NCBI GenBank assembly: GCA_002305475.1
Contig: DBRB01000015.1
Location: 72,987 to 136,986, forward strand
Direction: 5' to 3'
DNA from: a candidate division WWE3 bacterium UBA1379
GTDB taxonomy: Bacteria > Patescibacteriota > WWE3 > UBA101185 > UBA10185
DNA: 64,000 nucleotides
Made by a program: the position numbers and the translations under genes. Numbering within the stretch: the stretch's first letter is position 1; every line of letters begins with the position of its first letter. Positions 30,903-40,238 of this stretch are shown here, one piece after another. The notes beneath the pieces were generated by a model. That model saw nothing but the letters and a program-made list of their open reading frames with translations, was not told the origin of the DNA and did not search any database.

Positions 30903-32039
30903 ATGAAAATCCTCATGCAAGGCCGGTACGAACTTCTTGCTAAAGGCGGCGGCGACAAAGTACAAATTGAAAATACTGCTAAGGAACTTAGAAACTTGGG
31001 AGTAAATGTTGATATTGTTGGTGGTCCTGTAAAGGATCTTTCTTCTTATGACCTTGTGCATTTATTTCAACTTGACTGGACTCCAGAAACATATTTTCTG
31101 GCCAAAAATGCTAAAGATGCAGGAAAACCACTTGTATTATCCCCAATTCATCACAGCGTGAAGGAAGTAAAGAGATTTGATGATGAATATGTTTTCGATT
31201 TCCGCAGACTATCAAAAATATTGTTCAAAGAACAGCATAAAAGGGATACTTTCAAAAATATATACAGGTCTTTGATTAATCCTCAGAAACTTAAACCCAC
31301 ATTGCAAAGTATAAATATTGGATTAAAGAACATGCATATCAGAACACTTAGTATGGCAGATATTATTCTAGTGCAGACTGAAGCAGAAGCAACGGATTTA
31401 AAAGATACATATGGGGTAGATTTTTCATGGGTGAAAATACCAAACGGAGTTGGAGAACCGTTCTTAAAGGCAAATAAATCAGATAGTAAATTACCCAATC
31501 CACTGGGTTTTCAGGACTATATTATTTGTGTAGGTAGAATTGAGCCCAGAAAAAATCAGATTAAAGTGATTGAAGCAGTAAATTGTTTACGGAAAGAAAA
31601 GAACATGGATATAAGACTGGTTTTTATCGGATCTATGAACAGCGAAAAACATTTTGAGTATAAGTACAAGTTCCGCAAAACTCTCAAGCAGTACACATGG
31701 ATTAAACATATAGAATCAGTTCCTTATGATGTAATGCCTGCATATTATAAATATGCAAAAGTCGGTGTTTCTGCCAGTTGGTTTGAAACAACTGGACTGA
31801 CCAGCCTAGAAGCTTTATTCTGTGGTAGTAATGCTGTCGCATCAGGTAAACGGGCTAAGGAGTATCTGGGTGATCTGGTGAGCTATTGTGATCCGGGAGA
31901 CGTCAATTCCATCCAGAAAGCTATAGATACTGAATATTTTAATCAGCGTCCTACAGTTCCGGAAAATATGTTTAAGGAATATACATGGGAAAATGCGGCA
32001 AAGAAAACTTTGGAGGTTTATCACAAACTGATAAAATAA
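30903..32039 (+). CDS. GT4 glycosyltransferase
   Basis: GGD..Q, VGRIEPRKNQ, SWFETTGLTSLEA. Confidence 0.9.
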   Translation: MKILMQGRYELLAKGGGDKVQIENTAKELRNLGVNVDIVGGPVKDLSSYDLVHLFQLDWTPETYFLAKNAKDAGKPLVLSPIHHSVKEVKRFDDEYVFDFRRLSKILFKEQHKRDTFKNIYRSLINPQKLKPTLQSINIGLKNMHIRTLSMADIILVQTEAEATDLKDTYGVDFSWVKIPNGVGEPFLKANKSDSKLPNPLGFQDYIICVGRIEPRKNQIKVIEAVNCLRKEKNMDIRLVFIGSMNSEKHFEYKYKFRKTLKQYTWIKHIESVPYDVMPAYYKYAKVGVSASWFETTGLTSLEALFCGSNAVASGKRAKEYLGDLVSYCDPGDVNSIQKAIDTEYFNQRPTVPENMFKEYTWENAAKKTLEVYHKLIK

Positions 32040-32043
32040 TTGT

Positions 32044-34953
32044 GTGCACCCCGAATTAATAGTTATTGGATTATTATTCATAATATCTTTAGTCCTTCTA
32101 TTAACCAACTTTAAAGCTGGTTTTTATGTGCTTCTAATTTTATCTGTTTTACTACATAAAGAACTTTTCAGCATTTTCAGATGGGATATTCTTCCGGTCA
32201 GACTATTTATGGTAGCATTTACAATCTTTGCAGGTATTAAAGGTCTCCAATGGTTCATTAAAGAGAAACGCATTAAGAGTGTTTTTAATCATGCTGCAAA
32301 TCCGTTTATTCTTTTCCTTTTAGCATTATGGTTGGTTCGTGCAATATCTTTGATCTTTAGTAAGAACATGCAGTCCAGTATTCAGCTTTTGGGTTTTTTT
32401 ACCTCTATGGTGGTTCTAGGTATTTATCTTTTTTACTACTTTCAGAGCAAACCTCAGGAAATAATTAAATTTATTAAATTTTATATCTTTGTAGTTTTTG
32501 GTTTGTGTGTTTTTGCATTTATTCAGCTGATTATTTATGCACAGACAGGTAAAATTTACGGAGCATTGTGGAACGTCCCCGGACATTTATCAAGAGTCGG
32601 ATCACTATTTTGGGATGTGAACCATTTCGGGGGATTATTAGCTGGTCTTCTTCCGGTATTAGGTATATTTATTTTGGTCTCAAAAGGTGTTAAGGAAAGA
32701 TTAGGATACATGTTGCTTATTATTCCGATGTCACTGGTTCTTTTATTAACCAATTCACGTACTTCCTGGATCAGTGCCTTTATTGCATTGATGGTATTTA
32801 TCACCTTAATGATAGTGAGGAGAGTGGGTGTAAAAGGTGTGGTTGCAGTTGTTTTGGCATTGATCCTGATATCTATACCGTTTGTTATTGAGTATCAGGA
32901 TAAATCCAGTCCCTTTAGAGCCAGGGTAAAACAGTATTTCCATTACAGAATAGATTCGTTTGATTCGCACCTGCTACTGTTAAGAGGTGCATTTCAGGTA
33001 TTTGAATCATATCCGTATATTGGTGGCGGTTATGGTAGTTTCTTTGAACATTTTTCCAAGACAAAGGTAGCTGCTGAATTTTTCGGTAGAGATCCTGCGG
33101 CACTAAATGTCCGTGTACCTGCTCATACCATATGGGGGGAATTAGTGGCAGAAACAGGCATTACCGGATTGGCAGTATTCATCCTTTTTATACTTTCCGG
33201 ATTGCTGCCCCTTTTATATCTATCACAAAATCAGAAAGATAAAAAAGAATACTTAATTTCTTCAGCTATGTTAGCCGGTTTGGTAGGATGGCTTACTGCC
33301 GGAATATTTTACTCATACAATTCAGAGTTTTTCTGGCTAGTGTTCTTTATGTATTTCATCTATGGATTGAACATTTTAGGGCGGGATAAGTACGGAAAAA
33401 TTATTTCTCACTACACCCAGCATAATAGTATCGGTTTTTGGTTGATCCTAATTATCTCAGTAGGTTTGGTTTTCTTTAACTTAGGGAAAAACCACCTATT
33501 GCCTTGGGATGAGGCTATATATGCACAGATTGCTAAAAATATGGTGCAATCGGGAGATTTTATTGTTCAGAGATGGTGGCCGGATAGGGTATGGTATGAA
33601 AAACCTCCGCTTGGTATGTGGCTGATAGCAGTTTCATTCAAATTATTTGGAATTTCTGAATTTACAGCTCGATTATCTTCAGCAATATTTGGAATCGGTA
33701 CGGTATTAATTGTGTATTTCTTCGGAAGAAGAATGTTTAATAAAACAGTTGGTTTTATTTCGGCATTGTCTCTATTGACCACATTTAACTTTTTATATTA
33801 TTCCCGGGCATCAATGCTTGATGTAACTTCTACATTCTTTATTACTTTATCTCTGTTTTTATACTGGCTGGCAAAAAATAATAACAGAAATCAGATTATG
33901 TATTGGGTAATCTCCGGTCTTACGGTTGGAATGAGTATTATGGTAAAAGGGGTAGTCGGTTTTATACCATTTGCGGTGATAGGTATGTTTGAAATATATC
34001 TATTCCTGATAAAGAAACAAAAGCTTAACAGCCGACTTTTTTTGGGATATTTCTCATTCTTCATATTCAGTGTATTGGTATTTATGCCATGGCATTTGGA
34101 AATGTATAGGAGATTTGGTGCTGCGTTTATTGATAATTATCTTGGATATCATGTTCTGGATAGGGCAACATCGTCCATAGAAGATAAAGGAAGACCGTTC
34201 TTCTGGTACACGATAGTCATGAAAGTGAGTATGCGAATCTGGTTTGTGGTATTAATTCCTGCTTTACTTTCGATTATGTACGGAATTTATAAGAAATCAG
34301 ATAAAAATACATTCCTTATGATCTGGCTCGTTTTCATTTTTCTCCTATTTTCCAGCGCTACATCAAAATTAAAATGGTACATTATTCCGATTTATCCTGC
34401 TACATCTTTAATGGTTGGGTATTTCCTTGAACGAGCCTTAGATTTTCTATTCAATAAGGTGAAAGTATTAAACCCGGTAATAATTAAAACCATGTTCCTC
34501 TACTCTCTGGTGGTATTCGGCTTGTTTTATTTATTTGTGAACAGGGAGCTAGTTTACGAAACGGATTTGACGGGAGCACAGGCACTACTTTTGGAAGAGA
34601 AGGATCAGATATTCGGAACCGATACGAAAGTGTATGCAGATAGAATTGACCTGCCGTTGATCTTATATTACTCCGACAGTCCGTTTGAAGTCGTCGATTT
34701 TGCACCCTTAAATGAGAAAATATCCGTACTTACTCCTGAAGATAAATTTATCTTTATAACCAAAGAAAGTCGTTATAGAAAACTAAAGGAGAGCTACCCC
34801 AGAATAGAAAAGGTATCCGGTTATAAAGAATGGGTTATGGGTTTCATTTCGTATGGGTATGATTATGACTCTTCAACTAAAGAGGTGAATCCTATCGATC
34901 AACCATTGATTCCACCCGTAGATACCCCAATACAAATCCAAAATAACCCTTGA
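32044..34953 (+). CDS. Fusion: O-antigen ligase-like (Wzy_C) domain + ArnT/PMT-family GT-C
   Basis: N-half: TNSRTSW, GGGYGSF, AHTIWGELVAETGITG; C-half: WDEAIYA, WYEKPP, ARL, KLKWYIIP. Confidence 0.8.
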   Translation: MHPELIVIGLLFIISLVLLLTNFKAGFYVLLILSVLLHKELFSIFRWDILPVRLFMVAFTIFAGIKGLQWFIKEKRIKSVFNHAANPFILFLLALWLVRAISLIFSKNMQSSIQLLGFFTSMVVLGIYLFYYFQSKPQEIIKFIKFYIFVVFGLCVFAFIQLIIYAQTGKIYGALWNVPGHLSRVGSLFWDVNHFGGLLAGLLPVLGIFILVSKGVKERLGYMLLIIPMSLVLLLTNSRTSWISAFIALMVFITLMIVRRVGVKGVVAVVLALILISIPFVIEYQDKSSPFRARVKQYFHYRIDSFDSHLLLLRGAFQVFESYPYIGGGYGSFFEHFSKTKVAAEFFGRDPAALNVRVPAHTIWGELVAETGITGLAVFILFILSGLLPLLYLSQNQKDKKEYLISSAMLAGLVGWLTAGIFYSYNSEFFWLVFFMYFIYGLNILGRDKYGKIISHYTQHNSIGFWLILIISVGLVFFNLGKNHLLPWDEAIYAQIAKNMVQSGDFIVQRWWPDRVWYEKPPLGMWLIAVSFKLFGISEFTARLSSAIFGIGTVLIVYFFGRRMFNKTVGFISALSLLTTFNFLYYSRASMLDVTSTFFITLSLFLYWLAKNNNRNQIMYWVISGLTVGMSIMVKGVVGFIPFAVIGMFEIYLFLIKKQKLNSRLFLGYFSFFIFSVLVFMPWHLEMYRRFGAAFIDNYLGYHVLDRATSSIEDKGRPFFWYTIVMKVSMRIWFVVLIPALLSIMYGIYKKSDKNTFLMIWLVFIFLLFSSATSKLKWYIIPIYPATSLMVGYFLERALDFLFNKVKVLNPVIIKTMFLYSLVVFGLFYLFVNRELVYETDLTGAQALLLEEKDQIFGTDTKVYADRIDLPLILYYSDSPFEVVDFAPLNEKISVLTPEDKFIFITKESRYRKLKESYPRIEKVSGYKEWVMGFISYGYDYDSSTKEVNPIDQPLIPPVDTPIQIQNNP

Positions 34954-34975
34954 TTACATAGATTTACTAAAGTAG

Positions 34976-35185
34976 TTATGATTTTCTTCCAAAACTAAAT
35001 ATTGCTAATAACAGATATATAGCCGATGCACCAACCAGAGAGTATATGAATTTGGTTGGTACGGAACCCTGTCCTAGAATTGATGCAACAAGGTCAAAGT
35101 CAAATAACCCTATTAACCCCCAGTTAATACCTCCTACTATAGTTAGGATTAGTGCTGTTAAATCAAAAGTATTAAGCTTGTTCAT
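34976..35185 (-). CDS. DUF378 family small membrane protein
   Basis: LTIVGGINWGLIGLFDFDLV...IYSLVG. Confidence 0.85.
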   Translation of the reverse strand: MNKLNTFDLTALILTIVGGINWGLIGLFDFDLVASILGQGSVPTKFIYSLVGASAIYLLLAIFSFGRKS

Positions 35186-35240
35186 ACAAAGAGCATCTAC
35201 TATAAGCTTTAAATGTAAGTTGTAATCAGGTAAAGATTTC

Positions 35241-35266
35241 CAGGGATAAACCCGGGTTTATCCCTG
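35241..35266. repeat. Perfect 26-bp palindrome
   Basis: CAGGGATAAACCCGGGTTTATCCCTG equals its own reverse complement. Confidence 0.9.
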
Positions 35267-35310
35267 TATCTGTTGTCGTTGTAGGATCTTTATGATAATC
35301 TAAAAATAAT

Positions 35311-35471
35311 AGTGATGACGGAGACTGTGACCCTCCTGAACTGCATGGTAAAAAGGCTTTATGCTGAGTAAGACCTGCCGGGTGAGCCCGTTACAGCTTT
35401 CAATGAGTGAAAAGTACCGGGTGGCACCGTCCAATATTGGACCCTGGCAGAGTTAGCCGGGGCTTGTTTTT
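35311..35471 (+). ncRNA. T-box riboswitch (Asp specifier, ultrashort Stem I, transcriptional terminator)
   Basis: GAUGA/UGA K-turn stem with GAC in the loop; Stem II with AGUA; CGGGUGAGCCCGUUACAGCU IIA/B; Stem III; antiterminator CCGGG-UGGCACC-GUCCA/UGGAC-CCUGG; terminator CCCUGGC/GCCGGGG + U-tract; upstream of aspS. Confidence 0.88.
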
Positions 35472-35531
35472 CAGACCCTACGCTGCGGCTGATTTAATAA
35501 ATAAATTTAGGGTCGATCTAGGTTTATCCCT

Positions 35532-36869
35532 ATGAGGACTATTATTAGAGATACTTTAAATAAAGTTGGAGAAAAAGCCACAATTTATGGTTGGGTTAGG
35601 CTGGTGCGTGACCACGGTAAAGTGACGTTTGTGGATGTGAGAGATTTTTCTGGTGTGATACAGGTGGTGTTTGTCGGTAATGCCGATGCTAAATCCCTGC
35701 GCAGTGAAGATGTAGTAGTGATTGAGGGTACTGTGCAGCAGAGAAAAGCCGGAACGGAGAATACGGAAATCGAAACAGGGTCAATAGAAATTTTCGGTGA
35801 ATCGCTTACAGTATTGGAGAGAGCGGGTGATCTACCTATTGATATGGGTGCTGCGGAATTAAATGTAGAGCTTCCAACTTTACTGGATCATCGTTCTTTA
35901 ACTTTACGTCATCCCAAAGTGCAGGCAATTTTTAAAGTGCAGGAAATTATTGTAGATGCGTTTCGTAATGCTCTAAAAGAAAAAGATTTTACCGAATTTG
36001 TTGCTCCAGCTATTGTTCCTACAGCTACCGAAGGCGGGGCGGAAGTTTTTAAGATTGACTATTTTGACTACAATGCCTTTTTAGGTCAGAGCCCACAGTT
36101 TTATAAGCAGATTATGGTTGGAGCGTTTGAACGGGCTTTTACCGTAGGTAAGGTATATCGGGCTGAACCGTCTGTGACAACCCGGCATCTGACTGAATAT
36201 CTATCTCTTGATGCTGAATTCGGTTTTATTAATGATTTTATGGAAATAATGGATATGGTTGAGTATGTTATGAGAAGGATTTTTAAAGATCTTAGCGAGA
36301 AAGGTGAAAAATACCTTAAACTGTATGGAGCAACAATCCCTCAGTTTTCGGATAAGATTCCTGCAGTTACTATGGACGAAGCTAAGGAAATAATTTTCAA
36401 AAGAACAGGCAGGGATATAAGAAAAAAACCTGACCTTGATCCACAAGGTGAAAAAGATATCTGTCAGTATGCATATGAAGAGTTCGGAAGTGAACTGATT
36501 TTTGTGACTCATTATCCGACAGCAAAAAGACCTTTTTATACATATCCAAATAAGGATAATACGGAGATAACGGACAGCTTTGATTTAATCGGCAGAGGTG
36601 TGGAATGGGTTACTGGCGGTCGAAGAATCAATAATTATGAACATATTGTGGAGAATGCAAAAAAGTGGGGAAATGATCCTGAAGCATTAGATATTTATCT
36701 TCAAGCTTTCAGATACGGCATGCCTCCCGAGGGTGGTTTTGCCTTAGGTGCGGAACGAATCACTATGAATATCTTAGGTCTTCAAAACATCAGAGAAGCA
36801 TCTGCATTCCCACGAGATATGGAAAGAGTTGATGTGATGCTGCGGGATATACAACCTGAGGAAGAATAA
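35532..36869 (+). CDS. aspS: Aspartyl-tRNA synthetase (short archaeal-type, probably non-discriminating Asp/Asn)
   Basis: OB-fold GWV..RDHG, TEGGAEVF, QSPQFYKQ, YRAE....RHL.E, YGMPPEGGFALGAER, FPRD. Confidence 0.92.
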   Translation: MRTIIRDTLNKVGEKATIYGWVRLVRDHGKVTFVDVRDFSGVIQVVFVGNADAKSLRSEDVVVIEGTVQQRKAGTENTEIETGSIEIFGESLTVLERAGDLPIDMGAAELNVELPTLLDHRSLTLRHPKVQAIFKVQEIIVDAFRNALKEKDFTEFVAPAIVPTATEGGAEVFKIDYFDYNAFLGQSPQFYKQIMVGAFERAFTVGKVYRAEPSVTTRHLTEYLSLDAEFGFINDFMEIMDMVEYVMRRIFKDLSEKGEKYLKLYGATIPQFSDKIPAVTMDEAKEIIFKRTGRDIRKKPDLDPQGEKDICQYAYEEFGSELIFVTHYPTAKRPFYTYPNKDNTEITDSFDLIGRGVEWVTGGRRINNYEHIVENAKKWGNDPEALDIYLQAFRYGMPPEGGFALGAERITMNILGLQNIREASAFPRDMERVDVMLRDIQPEEE

Positions 36870-36896
36870 TCTATTCAAATTGAAAAGAAAATGACG

Positions 36897-36932
36897 AAAG
36901 TGTCCGCTTATGAATATAATGCGGACACTTTT
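36897..36932. terminator. Bidirectional intrinsic terminator
   Basis: AAAGTGTCCGC ... GCGGACACTTT between convergent genes. Confidence 0.75.
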
Positions 36933-36947
36933 AAATTTATGCACGGA

Positions 36948-37271
36948 TTAATGATAGCCGACTTTTTTACTTTCGGATTCTTTAATCTTTTTTAATTCTC
37001 CTTTTATATACTTGATTGCTTCTGTAATATTCATCGTCCTAACTATCAGACGAAAATTAGAAACGTCTCTCTCTTCTTTTTCTAATTGTCTGAGGATTGA
37101 TTCATACACTTCTGTTTTATTACTACAGCTTAATAAATTGTCTTTTTTTGTTTTGTTATTATAGATTGCTAAGAGTGCATGATACAAAGCCTCATTCATT
37201 TCCTTGTTCTCCTCAGTTTCATTAAGTAAACTATTGAGTGTTGAATCAAGGGAAAAGTTGGATTTTGCCAT
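36948..37271 (-). CDS. Small helical orphan protein
   Basis: SD AAGGAG upstream; terminator downstream. Confidence 0.6.
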   Translation of the reverse strand: MAKSNFSLDSTLNSLLNETEENKEMNEALYHALLAIYNNKTKKDNLLSCSNKTEVYESILRQLEKEERDVSNFRLIVRTMNITEAIKYIKGELKKIKESESKKVGYH

Positions 37272-37322
37272 TTTGTCTACTCTCCTTAATTTAAATGTGG
37301 TAAATGCATTAGTATTTGTGGA

Positions 37323-38513
37323 TTACTTCTTAACAAACATCAGAACATACGTCAATCCGACTGCTGATATTCCTGCTATTAGAGAGGAATATGCTAGTCC
37401 GGTAAGAGCCAGACTAGGAACCAAAATCAGGGATCCAAGTAGAAAGACTAGAAGCTTAAATACGGAAATATGGAAAAGAGCTTTTGTCTTTTGTTCCACA
37501 AAAAAGTAATTTTCCGTGAAAGTATGAATTGCTGTTAAAGCACTCGTAAAGATTAAAATATTCAGCAGTGGGAGAGATTCCAGGAATTTTTCTCCGAAAA
37601 CGAAAGGTATAAAAAACCTAGCAAAGATCATGGCACATAGTGATAACAAAAGTATTCCTGCGGAGATCAATCCTGTTTCCTTAAAGTCATACTTTTTGTT
37701 TTCTCTTTTACCTCTGGCATTTTTTGGAAGTAGTACCGTGAATATGGATAAGGACACCAGAGAAAAAATTGTGGAGATTTTATCTGCCAGAGAAAAAATA
37801 CCTACATCTGAAAAACCCTGAGCAATTTTTGCGATGCTGTTTGCAATTGCTGACCAGCTTTCTGCAATGATTTGTGATATTCCTGCAGGAAAACTCTGAC
37901 TGAAAATTAATTTTAGTCCTGAAAAATCCGGTCTGAAATATTGTAGATCTTTGGGAAGAAAAAAGAAAAGAATGATACTAGGAGCTACCGAACCTACAAA
38001 TACTAAAAAACCCTGAGTAAAATTAAGACTAAACAAACCAAGCAGAATGAATACTGCAACTACTCCTTTAATAAATGCCGGGATGGAGTTTAATAAAATC
38101 AGGTACTCAAATTTTTCTATTTTTTGAAACAGACCGAATAATGCAAAATTCAAAGTATATACGATCAGTCCGAATAAAAAGAGAAGATAAATTGTGGTAT
38201 CTGAAAAATTCAGAAATCTTAATGCTAAGTATGAAATAGGAAGAGTGACAGCAAATAGAATTATTTTTAAAGAAAGGAATTTATCTTTGATCAGTTCATT
38301 TTGAGCTAAAGCTTTGGCAACATATAGTGAGTTGGTACCAAAATCAGTTATTTTTGCAATGGCTACCAGAAGACTGGTTGTAAGTGTATATCTACCAAAA
38401 TCATCCAGCGGAAGACTTTTTGCCAGAGCGGTTAAGAATAAAAACCCCAGGGCTGCATTTAAAATGTTCCCCACACCGACAAATGAAATTTTCCATAAGG
38501 ATTTTGTCATCAC
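37323..38513 (-). CDS. Wzx/MOP-family oligosaccharide flippase
   Basis: About 12 TMs, FGRY..., DFG, VGIFSLA, FGEKF motifs. Confidence 0.85.
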   Translation of the reverse strand: MMTKSLWKISFVGVGNILNAALGFLFLTALAKSLPLDDFGRYTLTTSLLVAIAKITDFGTNSLYVAKALAQNELIKDKFLSLKIILFAVTLPISYLALRFLNFSDTTIYLLFLFGLIVYTLNFALFGLFQKIEKFEYLILLNSIPAFIKGVVAVFILLGLFSLNFTQGFLVFVGSVAPSIILFFFLPKDLQYFRPDFSGLKLIFSQSFPAGISQIIAESWSAIANSIAKIAQGFSDVGIFSLADKISTIFSLVSLSIFTVLLPKNARGKRENKKYDFKETGLISAGILLLSLCAMIFARFFIPFVFGEKFLESLPLLNILIFTSALTAIHTFTENYFFVEQKTKALFHISVFKLLVFLLGSLILVPSLALTGLAYSSLIAGISAVGLTYVLMFVKK

Positions 38514-38561
38514 CTCTAGATTTTATCAGTATTTCCTCTATATCACTATCGGAATGAGTGT

Positions 38562-38604
38562 AAATAAAAAACCCCCTATAAAATCTAGCTTTATAGGGGT
38601 ATTT
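38562..38604 (-). terminator. Intrinsic terminator
   Basis: CCCCTATAAA ... TTTATAGGGG with flanking A-run, just after the minus-strand orphan stop. Confidence 0.65.
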
Positions 38605-38958
38605 TCAGGGTGGATCCATTCTTTGCTCGTAAACATAAATTGTGGCTTTCTTGCACTCTTTTCCTACGATAAAAATACATACTACTTGTTTATATCCCAC
38701 CCAAACCTGTAAGATGGTTTCTTTACCGTTGACTGGATGTCCTTGCTTAATTTCGAGGTTTAAACCATTATCCCCCAGGATTTCCTCTAGTTGATTGATG
38801 AGTTCACTAATGACCGGTTTATCTGTCTTGGCGTACGCGATCAGAAAATCCGCAAGAATCTTTCTGAAAAAGTTGGATATCGGACAGCTTTTTTGACAAT
38901 GGCGATGAGGTAAACCGTTTTCTTCTGATGACACCTGTGTACTGAGGTAGGTAACCAT
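38605..38958 (-). CDS. Small orphan protein
   Basis: 117-aa ORF with AAGGA upstream and terminator downstream. Confidence 0.5.
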   Translation of the reverse strand: MVTYLSTQVSSEENGLPHRHCQKSCPISNFFRKILADFLIAYAKTDKPVISELINQLEEILGDNGLNLEIKQGHPVNGKETILQVWVGYKQVVCIFIVGKECKKATIYVYEQRMDPP

Positions 38959-39116
38959 AAGGCTCTATCCTTTTTACTCTTCTCCATTAATTACGATCCG
39001 ATGATTCGGTTTGTCACCGGTAGTATTAAAATTCACTATAATACTTTTGTTTAATTAAATAAATAGAAGCATATTGGTGTTTTTGTATGCATACTTATAG
39101 GATGTACAATTATTAT

Positions 39117-40226
39117 ATGAAAATAGCTCTGGTGTGTGATGATCTGATTCAGTTTGGCGGTCAGGAACGCCTTATATTGGCATTGCATGAACTCTGGCCT
39201 GATGCACCCATTTTTACCTCGGTGGTATCTGAAAAATGGAAGAAGATATGTGAGGAAAAGAAAATATTACTGAAAGTTTCTTTTATGCAGAAACTTCCTT
39301 GGATCGAGAAACTTAATCGGTTCTACTCGGTATTTCTTTTTCATCAGTTGGCTTTTGAGAGCTTTGATTTCACAGGTTACGATGTGATTCTGTCAGTATC
39401 TGCCCGGTATTCACATTGCATTATCACCAAACCACAGACAATTCATATCTGCTATATGAACAGTCCCGGAAGAATGATCTGGGAGCCCCATCTATATTTT
39501 AGAAAAGAAAACTTCGGAGTGTTAAGATACTTTTCAAAAATATTTCTTAGTTTTCCTTTAAGTCTTTTAAGAGCGGGGGATTATTCTTCAGCTCAGGGAG
39601 TAGATTATTTTATTGCTAATTCCCTTACATCAAAAAACAGGATAAAGAAATATTATGGAAGGGACTCGATCGTAATTCACCCGTTTGCGGATATAAAACC
39701 TTTCGAAAATACAGACAGCGGAAACTTTTTTTTGGTAATCAGCAGACTGAATGCCTGGAAAAGAATCGATACCGCTGTGGAAGCATGTACAAGGCTAAAG
39801 ATACCCTTAAGGGTTATAGGGACCGGACCTGATTTGATAAGACTGAAACGAATTGCTGGGGATACTGTGGAATTTTTGGGATATGTCAGAGAGGAAGTTA
39901 AATCGGAAATGCTGGGAAAGTGTACTGCTTTAATAAATACACAGGAGGAGGATTTTGGGATTGTGCCGGTGGAGGCAATGGCTCACGGAAAACCGGTTAT
40001 CGCATACGGAAATGGAGGGGTATGTGAAACTGTAGAGCCGGGAATAACTGGTGAATTTTATTACGAACAGACGGCAGATTCATTGATGGAAGTATTGGAG
40101 TTTTTTGATTCAAAAAAATATGACCCGGATATTTGCAAGAAATCAGCTGAACGATTTACCAAATATGAGTTTTTAACGAGTGTTCAACGTTATGTAAATG
40201 AGGTATACTTTTCTAGACGTAACTAG
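39117..40226 (+). CDS. GT4 glycosyltransferase (WbaZ-like)
   Basis: MKIALV.D.L...GGQER, SRL..WKR.D, EEDFGIVPVEAMA.GKPVIA; start moved to ATG 39117. Confidence 0.9.
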   Translation: MKIALVCDDLIQFGGQERLILALHELWPDAPIFTSVVSEKWKKICEEKKILLKVSFMQKLPWIEKLNRFYSVFLFHQLAFESFDFTGYDVILSVSARYSHCIITKPQTIHICYMNSPGRMIWEPHLYFRKENFGVLRYFSKIFLSFPLSLLRAGDYSSAQGVDYFIANSLTSKNRIKKYYGRDSIVIHPFADIKPFENTDSGNFFLVISRLNAWKRIDTAVEACTRLKIPLRVIGTGPDLIRLKRIAGDTVEFLGYVREEVKSEMLGKCTALINTQEEDFGIVPVEAMAHGKPVIAYGNGGVCETVEPGITGEFYYEQTADSLMEVLEFFDSKKYDPDICKKSAERFTKYEFLTSVQRYVNEVYFSRRN

Positions 40227-40238
40227 AAGCGTTCAACT

